A stretch of DNA of 64,000 nt, taken from the NCBI GenBank assembly GCA_050273025.1, contig CP158636.1:8122001-8186000 (forward strand). The letters are read 5' to 3'. The stretch comes from Cenococcum geophilum (Eukaryota). The notes under the pieces were generated by a model that saw only the letters and a program-made list of their open reading frames with translations, searched no databases and was not told the DNA's origin. Made by a program: the position numbers and the translations under genes. Every line of letters starts with the position of its first letter. Position 1 is the first letter of the stretch. Positions 50,769 to 62,581 of this stretch are shown here, one piece after another.

Positions 50769-53700
50769 ATAATAATTCATTACTTAACGTCCGATTCGGA
50801 TCCCTATTAGGCCCACGCGGACTACTCCTTATATATATATAGGGAGAAAACTTTATTTAAGAAACCCCTATAATCTATCTCCTTGCCTTTTAGGACTTGC
50901 CTATAAGGCGCCTATAGGGCGCCTATAAGTTACCTGTAGTGCTTTTACTACCTTACTTTTTGGCCTTATTAGGAACTACTACTGCCGTAATAAGCCTACG
51001 GACGCGCTAGTATCGCAAACTTTACTTTACTACTGTAGAGTTATTAGGGGGCGCCTATTGCTCGCCCCCCTGCCCTTTATTGCCATTTCCTTTGCAACCT
51101 AGAACTAGTTTAGTATATTTTAGCTAATAAGCTACTAGGTAACCACCTTAAGGCCTTTTTATATTAAGAGTAGTGTATTATAGTTCTCTATGCTAGCTAT
51201 TAAGAGCATTGCTTCTTAGTTGGTGCGTAAGGGGTATAATAGTATTACGTGTTTTAGTGTCTGTTTTAGCTAGCTATATTTATATTTTGGGCTACCTACT
51301 AAAACATCCACCTAGTAGAGCTAGTCTTTTAGTCCTATTATTCCTATTCTTAAGAGTATTACTATTATATTTTCTGCCTTTATTAGGCCTTCTTAGAGCC
51401 CTAGAGTGTTTACCCCCTATAGCGTTAACTATACTACGGCTTAGGTTCCTTTTGCCTTAGTTAGCCTCTATACGTTTAACTCCTATATACCTCTCTAGCG
51501 TTGGTCCAGCCAGTATTATATTGCGGTAGATAGTTTCCTAGCGTTCTTTTATACTCTACTTTAACTCCTTTTTTTCTTTTATTATTGTTTTTACTGGCCT
51601 TTTACGCGTCTTCTTTTCTTTTCTATATAGGCCTAGGCCCTAAAGTAGTACTATTTTTCTTCTACTTTCTTTACCTGTTTCTCTAATATATCTTTCCTAC
51701 TTTAGGGTTATTAGTTTATTCTCCTATAGGGCGCCCTAAGGTCCCTCTATAGTTTATTTAGGCGTATCTTAATATACTTTATAACATTGGAGTTGCGTTT
51801 ATTTTGCGCCCTTTATATTACAGCGGCTTTAATATATAGTTATAAGGGGGGAATATTGGCTTCCTTCTTAAGCAGTGCTATAGCCGTTCGCTTATATCTG
51901 CCTATTATACTCTAGAGGTAGGCTATTTAGACCTTTTAGAGTGGTTTAAGGAGTAACTTAGGGAGGCCTTTTTTAGATTCTCTAATGGCCCAAATACTGG
52001 ACCTATATGTTATAGTTAGCCGGATAACTGCTGTATATAGTAGGTATAACCTTTAGAAGTATAGACCTTATATAGAATTAATAATCCTAAATAATGTAAT
52101 ATACTATACTTGGCCCTTACGGGCCGCTTGCGCTATATATGTGCTTTACTAGAGCTTGCTATTTACCTATACTTCTAATACCCTTGGGCCCTCAACTGGT
52201 TAACCCCTAAAGCCTTAGATGCGAATTATATGCTAAAGATTTGTAGATTAGTTGCGTTTTCTTATAAAATAGATTAGCTAGTATTTCTCTAGTAAGAATT
52301 AGACTCTATATTGTCTTGTCTATTTTATATAGGTATTATAAGCTTTCTCTAATATTCTGCAATTCTCTGCGGCTGTTAGCCCGTATATAATTAGGTTTGT
52401 ATTATTAACAAAGCCTATCCCCTGGGTCGCCCCTTCCTTAAAAAAGTTAAGTAGGTTGCTTATAAAGAAAAGGAAGAGTATAGGCGAAAGGGGTAATTCT
52501 TATAGTATTCCTGTTGTAACTATAATAGGGGGGCTTTAGTATCTGTTAAAGATTAGTAATATTTCTTTCTAACCTATAAACCCTTAAATAAATTATATAA
52601 TCTATTTTAGGAAGCCTTTTACCCTAAGGATGTATAGGAAATGCTTATAGGGTATATTATTATAGGCGCTACTAATATCTAGGCTAAGTATTAATACTAT
52701 AAAGTCCCTTTACATTGCCTATGTAGATTTAATGGTGGTAATAAGTAGTGTAAGTGTTAATAGTGTTAAGCGGTTCTTTCTTGCCCCTATTTAACTTTAT
52801 GGTAGTAGGGCGTATTCCTTAGCTGTGTCTGCTATATGGTCCGCTATTACCCTTTCTAAGATCTTACTAAGGGTGTTTTTTAAGGTAATATGGTGGTAGC
52901 TTCCTGGGATTAAGTAATCTGCTTTACCTTTTTTTCGTAGGATAACCGTTGTTATAGTTCTTCTAAGTCGTAGGTAGTAGCCTATAGTAAAGTATACTCT
53001 GGCTACATTTATAAGCTAGGGTGCTATAAGTGGTCTATAGGTCTTTAAGGCCTTATTTAGGATCCTATTTAGTCCTAGTGCTATATTATTTAAAAGGCGG
53101 CTAATAGTTCTGGCCATTTCCTCTGTTATTATGTCGCTGTTAACCCGTATGCGAGTTACTAGTGTTTTACCCGTAATATTACTAAGGTCTGCTAAAGCTA
53201 GTTAGGGGAAGAACCTTTTTATAAGGATCTTTGCCTTCTTATTATTATTATTAGTAGCCTATAATTCCCTTACTCTTTATAGGGGCGGTAAGTATAGGTC
53301 TTTTATTAAGCGCCCTACCTTTTTCTTTACCTATTTTACTATAGCCTAAAGGCCCTTATTATGGGGGAGGCTTAGGTTAAAAGTATACTTATTTATAAAC
53401 CGTCTCCAGTTATTCCTTACCTCTTTTTTTAGGGTATTCTTTAACTGGTTTCTTATGTCTTTGTATTATCTCTTATCTTTAGGGTTATAGCTACTTATAT
53501 ATTTTCTTCTTACTTATTATTAGCTGGTAATAAGAACCGTGTATTATATGGACTATATATGTCGTATATAGGGGCCTAGTTTTAAGACTGGGTAGTGCTT
53601 TTCTAGCCTATTTTTAATTACTGCCTAGATCCTTTCTAGTCTTTAGTTAATTTTCTTAGGGGTAGCTAATAAGCCTTACTTGTTTAGTATCGGGTAGATT

Positions 53701-56329
53701 TCTTTAGGTTATAAAGTTATTGTTTAACTATATTAAGGAAGCTGTCTGTCTTAAGCTTTCTTATTACGTATCTTTTACTATTTAGTTGCGCCTTAATATC
53801 TAGATCTAGCTATATTTAGATAGGGATATAGTCTAAAATAAGTACCTATTCTTCTTTAGGGTTGCACCTTTTAAGTCTCTAGTATAGGCCTTCGTCTATA
53901 AATATAAGGTTAATTATACTTTTAGCGGTGCCTTATTGCCATATAATTACTCCTAGGGGGGTAGCTAGCTTAAGGCCCTAGATATCTATAGCTCTTAGTA
54001 GGCACTTTATCTATTATTTAGTAGCAATATAGATACCCCCCTACTATAGGTAGTAGAGGTTTATATCTCCTAATAGAATAAACTCTATGCCTTTAGTTTC
54101 TAGTAAGCTTATTACTAATATAATATTCTCTATTTATAGGATCCCTTTAACCCTAGGGTTATATATATTAATAATATATACCGGTCCCCTATATATTTGG
54201 ATTGTTATAACTATAATATCTGGGTTAACTACCTGTTATAACTATAAGGATAGGCTAATGGTTTTGCTGATTATAAAGTATACGTGTATAGCTGCTTTTA
54301 GTTTATATAGGAGCTAAAATCCTTAGGGGCAGTATATTAATTATATATAGGCATTATAATACGGCTCTTATATAGTAAGGATATAGTATTTCTCTAGGTC
54401 TAGGCTGTCTAGTAAGGGCCTTACAAGACGGTAGTTTATATTGCTGTAGTTATACTATATAATAGATAGGCGGTGGACCCTTAGTAAGGGTCCTTTGCCT
54501 CTCTTTTATTCCTTACTTTTTCTATTTCTACTTTCTCTAAAATATTTAGAACTTTTATCTCTTATATCTACATCTAGGTTACTACTTATTTTATATAGAG
54601 CTTTCTATTTCTATATTTTGTGTTCCTACTAGCGCTTTTATATCTAAATTTGTTATTATCTTTAGTTCTTCCCCTATTTTTACTAGTTGGCTATATACCC
54701 TTTAAGAGTTAGCTATAAATATTATATTTGCCGTATTAAGTCTAATTCTTAATTATCCTAGTCTTAAGCTTACTATAGCTGTCCATAAGGGTCTTCCTAT
54801 AGGGTATTCTCTCCCTTATGTCCCCTATAACCCTTATATCCCTATACAATCTAGTAATATCGCGTGGTGTCGCTTCTAGCCCGTTAAGGCTTAGGATAGC
54901 TGGCCTAGCCCCCTAATATTAAAGGTAGGAAATGCTAGAAAGGCATCTGCGCTCCCCTAGCTTATTACCTATTATTTCTATTTATATAACTTAGTGTATA
55001 GTTATTCCTGTAGCTATTAAGCCCTTACCTTCTATCTTCTGTATTTAATGCAGTCTACTCTCTCCTACGCCTTATATATGCTTTAGTGGCAGTTTACGCA
55101 TTTTATTTAGTCTTAATTTAAGTAGTGTCTTATATTGTAGGGGCTTATATAGTAGCCGCAGCACACCTATACTACGTATATAGATTAGGTATATCCCTAT
55201 TATATATAGCGATAGTATTATTCTAGGTATAGTCTATAGTTATAGAGCCTTATATTATATATAAGGCTGTTTATAATTATTCCTTTTTAGATAAGGAGTT
55301 TTTATATTCCTAGTATATATATGCTGATAATAAGGGAGCTATACGTTTGTCCGACGTCTTCCTAGCAAGTCTTTAGCAACTCTTATATCCTCTTATTATT
55401 CTTATTATTTATTTAGTTTATATTTTCCTATTAAAGCTATTAAATTTAGGTGATCTTAAGTTCTGGTATAAGGTGTTCCGTTTATCTTACTATCTCCTAT
55501 ATAATTGCTATGTTGTCCACCTAGCGTCCCTTTTCTACCTTAAGGCTTATAGGAACTGCTAGGACTTTAACTAAGTAATCCTTATAGAGTACTTTTATGC
55601 TAATGCGTTCTCCTAGCCTATCCCCTACCCTTATAGCTTATTCCTTTGCCTATTAGTTCTTTAGGGTAACTCTAATATCTTTACTCCTAAGGTATTAGAC
55701 CGTAATAGTGTCGTAAACCTTTTTATAGATTTTTATAAGGACTTCTATTTCTAATTATCTCTTAAGCCCCTTTACTTTTTCTATATTTGGCTATATTATA
55801 ATTATATACCCAGTTATTAACTTAAAGGGGGTAAGTTCCCTATACTATAGATATATAGCTATAGCGGCCTAGGTGCAGTTCACCGGTAAAGGGGTTTTTT
55901 ATTTATTTTTAATTTTTCTTAGCTGTTAGAGGATTTAATTAAGGTTTTACTAGAGGGGCGCCTAAGGTTCGCTAGACTAGTAGAGCTATTCTACTAGCTA
56001 TGTTAGATTATTATAGCTAACGGTTACTCCCCTATAATTCTAGGTACTAAACATATCTAATAGGCTTTATATTTTATTAGATGCCTTCTTAATAAAGGTA
56101 TTTCTGCTTTATGGTATAGTATTCGCCCGTCTTTATTGTAGAGGGCTATTACTAGGCGTAGTTCTGGCGGTCGCGCGTAAGTGCAAACCGCCGTCGTTTA
56201 ATGTGTGCCTTTTCTGCGATGCGTGCATCTTAGGGGGATTCTCTGGGTATTTTGCAGGGTTCTTTTAGTTGGTTTTAGTCTTTTGGGCTAGGTGCAGCAA
56301 GAGCTCTAACGTCTTTTTATATAAAGTTG
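50769..56329 (-). mobile_element. Tad1-like LINE, copy 2, near full length
   Basis: 16-bp TSD TTAGCCGCTACTAATA at 50753-50768 and 56330-56345. Reverse complement of LINE copy 1 along its length. Confidence 0.93.
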
Positions 56330-56345
56330 TTAGCCGCTACTAATA

Positions 56346-56600
56346 TATAAGACCCTAAGGCAGATTAGATAAGAAACTAAATAGTTATAAAAAATAATAA
56401 AACGTATATATTTAGCGTTAGAGATAGATTAAATATTATAAGATAATTATATATTCGCTCGCGTACACTTAGTATAGAAAAAAGGTTAGCGACTAAATAG
56501 AGCCGCGATTATAATATATATTAACTTTTTCTCTATATAATAAAAATAGGATAGTATAACTTTACTAAGTAAAAAAATTAACGTTACTAACTAATTATAA
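56346..56600 (-). pseudogene. Antisense ORF relic in the 3' region of Gypsy B with a Zn2Cys6-like cysteine pattern; probably continues at ~50530-50768 past LINE 2
   Basis: In-frame TAT/TGT codons spaced C-x2-C-x6-C-x13-C-x2-C-x8-C at 56548-56438. Only one codon is still TGT, so the call depends on reversing RIP. Confidence 0.5.
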
Positions 56601-57437
56601 TAATTAGACGTAGAGAATCTAATAGAAGGTATTAGGAATAATAAAGGTTATTAAATTAAAAATAGAAACGCTATACCTTTAATAAATAACTTAAAGATAA
56701 AGAGGAGGGGGATAGTATTATAGACCTTAAATTAGTAGTAGTAGCACTACTAGAAAGAGATATAAATAGACTAGTAGTAAAAGCTTAGGAAGAGTTAGAA
56801 CTAGTTAAGCTATAAAATAAGGGGTAGCTAAATTATATAGCTAGTTACGTTATAAGTTCGGAATATAGAAACGTGGGAATATAGGAATGTAACGTACTAA
56901 CGTACTAATATACTAACGTACTAAAACTTTACTATAGGGAGGAGTTATATATTTAAGGATATACGGTCTCTATAAATAGTTTCTCTTCTTTATAGTAAAT
57001 CTTAGAATACAATTAGAGTTAATTTATTAGGTAACCACTTTACTAGTTATATTTACGTTGTTAACTATTCTATACCTATATACCTAGCCTATTAATAAGT
57101 CTACCGTAGTATTTCCTATAAGGCTTTGTTATACTAATTATATTCTAAAATTTACTATAAAGAGAAAAAGAACCATCTATAGAGACCGTATGTCCTTAAA
57201 TATATAACTCCTCCCTATAATAAAAGGTTTAGTACGTTAGTATATTAATATATTAGTACGTCGCATTCCTATATTCTTACATTTCTACGTTCTAAACTTA
57301 TAACGTAACTAGCCATATAACTCGGCTACCCCTTATCCTATAGCTTAATCGGTTTTAATGCCTCCCGTATTATCTTAACTAACCCATTTATATCCCTTCT
57401 TAGTAGTGACACTACTGCCAATATAAGGTCCGTAATA

Positions 57438-57835
57438 AGATGCCTACTGCTGCTATAGTCGTAGACAGCTTAATAAAAGCTTAACCAAGGTAGAAGCACG
57501 AGGCCTTTGTTTATTAATTAAATTAAATTAATATTAAGGAAAGAATCTAAATTAATAAAGGTAAGCTAGGAGGAAGACATAGGGTATATTTAACTCAACA
57601 CTATACTAAGACTTATAATGTAGCTTTGACCTCTAAAAGCTTAAAGCTAAGGGGGGGGTGTTGGACAATACGCTAATTGCGATCATTGTCCTGTTTCCTT
57701 TAAGGGTATAAACTAGGGGTGTCTTAGCCATTTGACTTAACTGTATATATAAGCTTTGCAGTGCAAAGAATTGAATAAACGACTTAATTGTAAATGTAGC
57801 TCTAAAGCGTCTATATATACACAAAGTGGGTAACA
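57438..57835 (+). mobile_element. 3' end of Copia E (RNase H C-terminus, polypurine tract, LTR); host of Gypsy A
   Basis: 57443-57512 de-RIPs to PTAAMVADGLTKALPRQKHEAFV. A G8 tract is followed by TGTTGG at 57659, then TATATATAA and AATAAA. The right LTR boundary is uncertain. Confidence 0.72.
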
Positions 57836-60800
57836 ATAAGATAATAACAATGATGCACAATTACCGAGGTAGACAGCGCTTACAGTCGGCAATAGGTAAT
57901 GGAAATAGGTAGTGAGACATAGGTAGTAAGACATACGATGTTAAGAAACGGGTAGTGAGTTATAGGTAATACAAGCCTTGGTAGTTGGTTACACACCCCC
58001 TAGATTTAACGGTGTATTTAAAGCTATAGAAAATAAAAATGAAGGTAGAGACTATACTAAAATAGGAAATTTGGATACAATTTGGGAGTAGCAAAAGGAT
58101 GGGGTAACTATAACGGATATTGCAAATATCGCGGATATTGTGGATATTGCTAGTTGCTAGATAAAGTATTAATCTAATGTTGAATATCTACTAAATTCAA
58201 TTGCTTTATCTATGCTTCGTGCTTTTAACGGGGTAAGATTTTAGTAAGGCCGTTGGCAGGCATTTTATCTATAGGAACCCATCGTACGTTAATCTTTTTG
58301 TCTTAGACTTCCTGTCTTAGCTAGTGCTAATGGACGTTGATATGTCAAAGCTTGGTGTTAAGCTTTGGTGTATCCTGTCTTAGGAGTTATATAGTCTGCA
58401 TATTGTCGTAGAGTATAGTAAATTCGCGTTCTAAGTTGAAGCCGATTGCCTTAAAAAATCGTTGCCACTAGATGATTTTAATAGCAGTAGTAGATAGGGA
58501 GAGAAGCTCCGCTTTAGTAGTTGAGCGAGTTACTAATCGTTGTAGGGTCGCCTTCTAATCGATTAGTCCTCCGAATAGGATAAAAAGGTATCCTTAAGAG
58601 CTCCGTCTAGTTTCTTTATAGTCTATAAATACTGCGTTAGATGCTCCGTAAAAGGTGACGTCTTTTCCTTTAGGGTTTCTAAAGTAGATGTATGCTCTAA
58701 ATACTTCGCTAGAGTATTTAATAGCTGTTGATTTTGTTCTAAAGCAATAGGCAATAGCTTAATTAGCTGCGTTAAGGTGTTTTTAATTTGGATTAGTAAG
58801 GAATTCGGCCAGCTTAGAATGCGTCTTAGTAATATTAGGTCTTCCAAATACAGTAAGGTGTGTAAGTAACCCTACTCGTTGCTGGTAAGCTAGGGTTCTT
58901 TAAGGGTTCGTCTACTGGTCAGACGGAATTAGTTCTTTAGCAGGAAGTAGTAACTTAGGAAATCTTTCTGGTGGTTAAATATTGAATTAATTGGCTATCT
59001 TTTTAATATAGGAGTCTTGGCAAAGCCAGAGCTTCCTACTTGCTCAATCTTAACTAATTTAAATACCTAGGAACCACTGTAGGTCTCCTAGTGCACGGAT
59101 CTCGTATCAGTGCAGCAATTTTGCTTCAAATTCTTTAAGTCTTAAAAGGTCCTTCTTGGCAAATAGGACGGCAATATTATCTATATAGAAGAAGACAATA
59201 AGTCGTCCGTTGGTAAATAGGCAGTTAGTGCCTAGTACTAGTTCTAATCCGAATTTAGCTAGTGTATTAGTAAGCTCTTTATACCAAAGTAGTAGTAAGA
59301 TTTTTAATCCATATAGCGCCATAAGTAGCTTTAGGATATATCCGTTTTAATTAAATCCTTCTAGGCAATAGCAGTAGATTAGTTTACTAAGCTTGGCGTT
59401 TATAAATGCGTTTACAGCGTTATACTGTCGAATTTCTAGGTTAAATGCGGCTGCTATAGCTATAAGAGCACGGAATATTCGAGCAGCTAGGGTTGCTGCA
59501 TAGGTCTCTTCTTTAGTAATCTGTAGGTCTCCGCGGACACATAGTTTAGCTTTAAGCTTTTATAGGTAGCCGTCGCTATTAAGCTTATATTTAAAGACCT
59601 ATTTTAGTAAAAGGATCTGCTCGTTGCCTGCTTCTGCTTTTGGTACAGTCTTAAATGTCCCTCAGCGTTTTAGGTCATTATATTCTTTTTCTATAGCCTT
59701 TTAAAAGCTAGTAGTTAAAGGATGCTTTCTTAGTTCTTTAAGATTCTTTGGTTTAGGAGGAAGATTGTTACGATATAGAGATAAGGATCTAGTTCGGTCG
59801 ATGTCCTTTACTAGTCCTATAGCAAATCCAGCGTAGTAACCAAATAGGGTAGATAGATTGGCTAGTGCTACTGCATACGCTTGACGTTGAATTCGTTTTG
59901 ATCCTTCTAGTAGGATAAAGTTGGCAGAAGGTTTGGCCGAGACTTTATTAGCTTATAGAGCTATATTAGTTGCTTTATTAGATAGTTCTAGAGAGCTTAG
60001 CTAGGTAGGAATTGTTTTAATTATATCTAGGATGTTATCTTAAAGTCCTTGTGGTAAGGTGTTCGATTTTAGTAAATCTGGAGATACCGTTCTGCTAGGT
60101 GTCGGTAACTGCTCAGTATCCTTCGTACGAAGCTCTGCTAAATCGTTCGATTTAGGTGTAGTCGTTTGATCTGCACCTGAGGTAGATCTTTAAGGGTCCA
60201 GATTGACTGTGTATAGGATTGATTCGTCCTTAGATTCGTCTTTGTGGAGAGGTTCTAGTAGACTGATCGTCTGGAGGGTGTCTTCTAATGCTTCCCTTAG
60301 CAGGTAGTTGATGTCTTAACCCTTAGGGTCATAGAACGAGGTCTTGTCAAACGTAACGTCTCTGGTTTAAATAACTTTGTGGAGACTTAGAATCCAGATA
60401 CGGTAGATATTTATTAAATCGTAGCCGACTAGGTGTCTAATCGATGCACGAGGAGCTAGTTTATCTCCCCTTTTAATTTGTTTGTCTAGTGTATAGGTCT
60501 TATAGCCGTATATATGTATATGGGTAAGTAATAGCGGGTTGCCGTAGGCGATCTTGTACGGAGTTTTCCACCCTAGTTGCTTATTTGGGGTTTAATTGAG
60601 TGCGTAGCTAGTAATAAGGAAAGCTTCTAGTCCTAGGGATAGGGGTAAGGATACTTCTAGCTGTATAGCCCTTAATCGTTCTATAAGGGTTTGTCTAGAT
60701 CGTTTTACTCTACTATTTTGTTCCTCGGTATACGGTGCTCGGCATTTAAAAGTAATGCCTTTGTTTGCATACTATGTATATAAGGTGTCTCCTATTTGTT

Positions 60801-62581
60801 TAAAAGCACGTTTATTATTGCTTTAGAAGAAGACGACGTCCTAGTGGAATCGTATTTTAATTAAACGGTAGGTCTTATAGATGGTAGGTAGGACGGTAGC
60901 TTTGTCCTTATTCTTAGTGGTAAATATAAAATTTAATTTGGAATATGTGCAATAGAAGTGTATTATGTATTTATCGCCGTTATACCCTAGTTCTCTAAGG
61001 GTAATAATATTAAATGCTACCCGCTTAAATGGTCGAGTAGCTAGAAATTTGTGTTCTCGTCTTTAAGAGATCTGCTGTGTGTGCTTTGATATTAAGTAAA
61101 CTTCACACTCGATTTTGCGCGGTGCTTGTTCGTCGTTTAGTTTCGCGCCATTGACGTGCTTAGGAAGCTGCTTAATAGCGTCAGGTCCTACATAGCCAAG
61201 TATTTTATGCCATTTTATAGCTGTAGCTCCGACTGGTTTGTGGGCTATTCTGCTTAGTTAATATCTTCTTATTAAGAAGGTTGATTGAGTTATTAAATCT
61301 AGGGTAGGCTCTCTGTGCATTAGTGCCTAGTGGCCCCCTAGTCGTTTTGTATAGTATACTGTTTTACTAGTTGCTAGACGGTATAGCAAGTTTCGTCCTA
61401 AGTTGAAATAGATATCATTATTAGTAGCTCTTAATAGTGCTATAATATTTGTGAATATAGTAGGTACTAATGCTATATAAAATAGCTTCATTTTTAAGCT
61501 CCTAGTAGGTGTATTAACAGTAATCGTTACTATTCCGTAAGCTTGTATCTTTTCGAAATTTCCGCTAGTAATTAGGTAGTCGTCTTCTGTAGCTAGGTAG
61601 GAGAAGGTAAAGTCTTCTTAGTTATTGCAGACGTGGGTATCTGCACTAGGGTTAAGTATTTAGGTGTTCTGGAGTTTAAATGGTTTTTAACCAGTACTAA
61701 ATACGGTAGTATGGCTAGTCGGGGTTTTGGAAGGTAGGGTTTTAGAATTAAAATTAATTATAGATTCTGTGTTCTTCTTTGCTTCCTATTCTCTTTTTAA
61801 GATAAGGTTAACAATGCGTTTAATCTAAGGTGTAGATGAGATCTTTTTATCTACTTCCTTCTGGACGTCTGGGTTTGGCTTCTATCCTTAAGGGCGCTTC
61901 CGCTTAATAATATAGAAGTAGTTACCGAATTAATACTTGAGGCCGTATACGCATATCTTATTCCATTTGGAATTGGAATTGGAATTGCCGTTAGAATCTA
62001 AATTAGAATTTAAATTGCCTAGGGTTGCAAAAGCAGAGTTATTAGTAGGGGTAGCAGAGGATGCTGCTTGCTGCATGCGGTAGTGCTCCTTAAATTCCTT
62101 AATTAGATTGATAATAGATGGGGCTTCTTTGTCCTTGCGTTCCTTGCGAATAAGGTCTACTTTTAGAGCTCCTGTAAAGCTAGAAGAGATAGGCTTAATT
62201 ACTTAAACGAAGTTATAGTGGGGCCTGAAGCCTTGCACGTCTAGTAGGTCTAATTTCTTAGTAAGCTTATAGACGTTCCTCCAGCTGTTCAGCTATTTGT
62301 TAATGCTTTGCTTTTTATTGTAGGCTTTTAAAGCCGTGTATTAAATGAGGATGTTGTGCTTTTAACCTGATGTGGTAGGAGCTAGAGCTTTCTTAAGTGC
62401 TTATAGCCATCTATATACTGTATCTAGGCCGTTAATAAGAGGGAGGTAGGCTACCGACGTCGTTCGTACAATGTAGTTGCTGATATTGTTAACAGCCTGT
62501 TCTTGCTTTTGGTATATTCAAAGATCGTCCTTATATTTAGAATAGAGCTAGTTATAGGCAATAAGCTGGTTTGGTTCTAGC
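57836..62581 (-). mobile_element. Copia LTR retrotransposon D, less RIPed, interrupted in gag by a hAT element
   Basis: Minus-strand polypurine tract AGGGGGTG followed by TGTAACC at 57993. The left LTR boundary is uncertain (57789 or 57836). The 5' part lies beyond the window. Confidence 0.85.
58170..62581 (-). pseudogene. gag-pol relic of Copia D
   Basis: De-RIPed gag knuckle CVCGLKH.FGNC (~61920-61955), PR WILDPGADTHVCN (~61625-61663), IN WHKILGH and APYTEEQNGRVER, RT ALYGL..FYVDD (track ORF 59107-59322), RNase H PADGLTK (~58240-58262). Confidence 0.9.

Larger units (their letters stand above)
36882..57133 (+). mobile_element. Gypsy/chromovirus B (same family as A), inserted in the opposite orientation into A's 5' LTR
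   Basis: 418-bp LTRs 36882-37299 and 56716-57133. TSD CTAAT at 36877-36881 and 57134-57138. Polypurine tract AAGAGGAGGGGG before the 3' LTR. gag from ~37339, zinc knuckle ~38335, RT ~47880-48300, IN HPQTDGQ ~49670, chromodomain ~50270-50390. Confidence 0.93.
1..57437 (-). mobile_element. Gypsy/chromovirus LTR retrotransposon A (RIP-degraded). Own segments: 1-459, 7402-11444, 17905-18515, 22680-23067, 29832-29967, 36181-36881, 57139-57437. Its 3' end lies left of the window.
   Basis: The segments rejoin across each TSD and are the reverse complement of element B. RT YLDD relic at ~9205-9230, integrase at ~7600-8100, chromodomain region at ~1-150. 5' LTR is split: 36760-36881 + 57139-57437. 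Confidence 0.9.

Noticed and set aside
51209..54317. Hydrophobic ORFs 51209-51460 and 54087-54317 (also 39810-40007)
   Set aside because: Antisense to the LINE ORFs; chance frames in RIPed DNA.
57633..58847. ORFs 57633-57860, 57737-57934 and 58623-58847
   Set aside because: The first two overlap LTRs. The third is an off-frame reading of Copia D pol.
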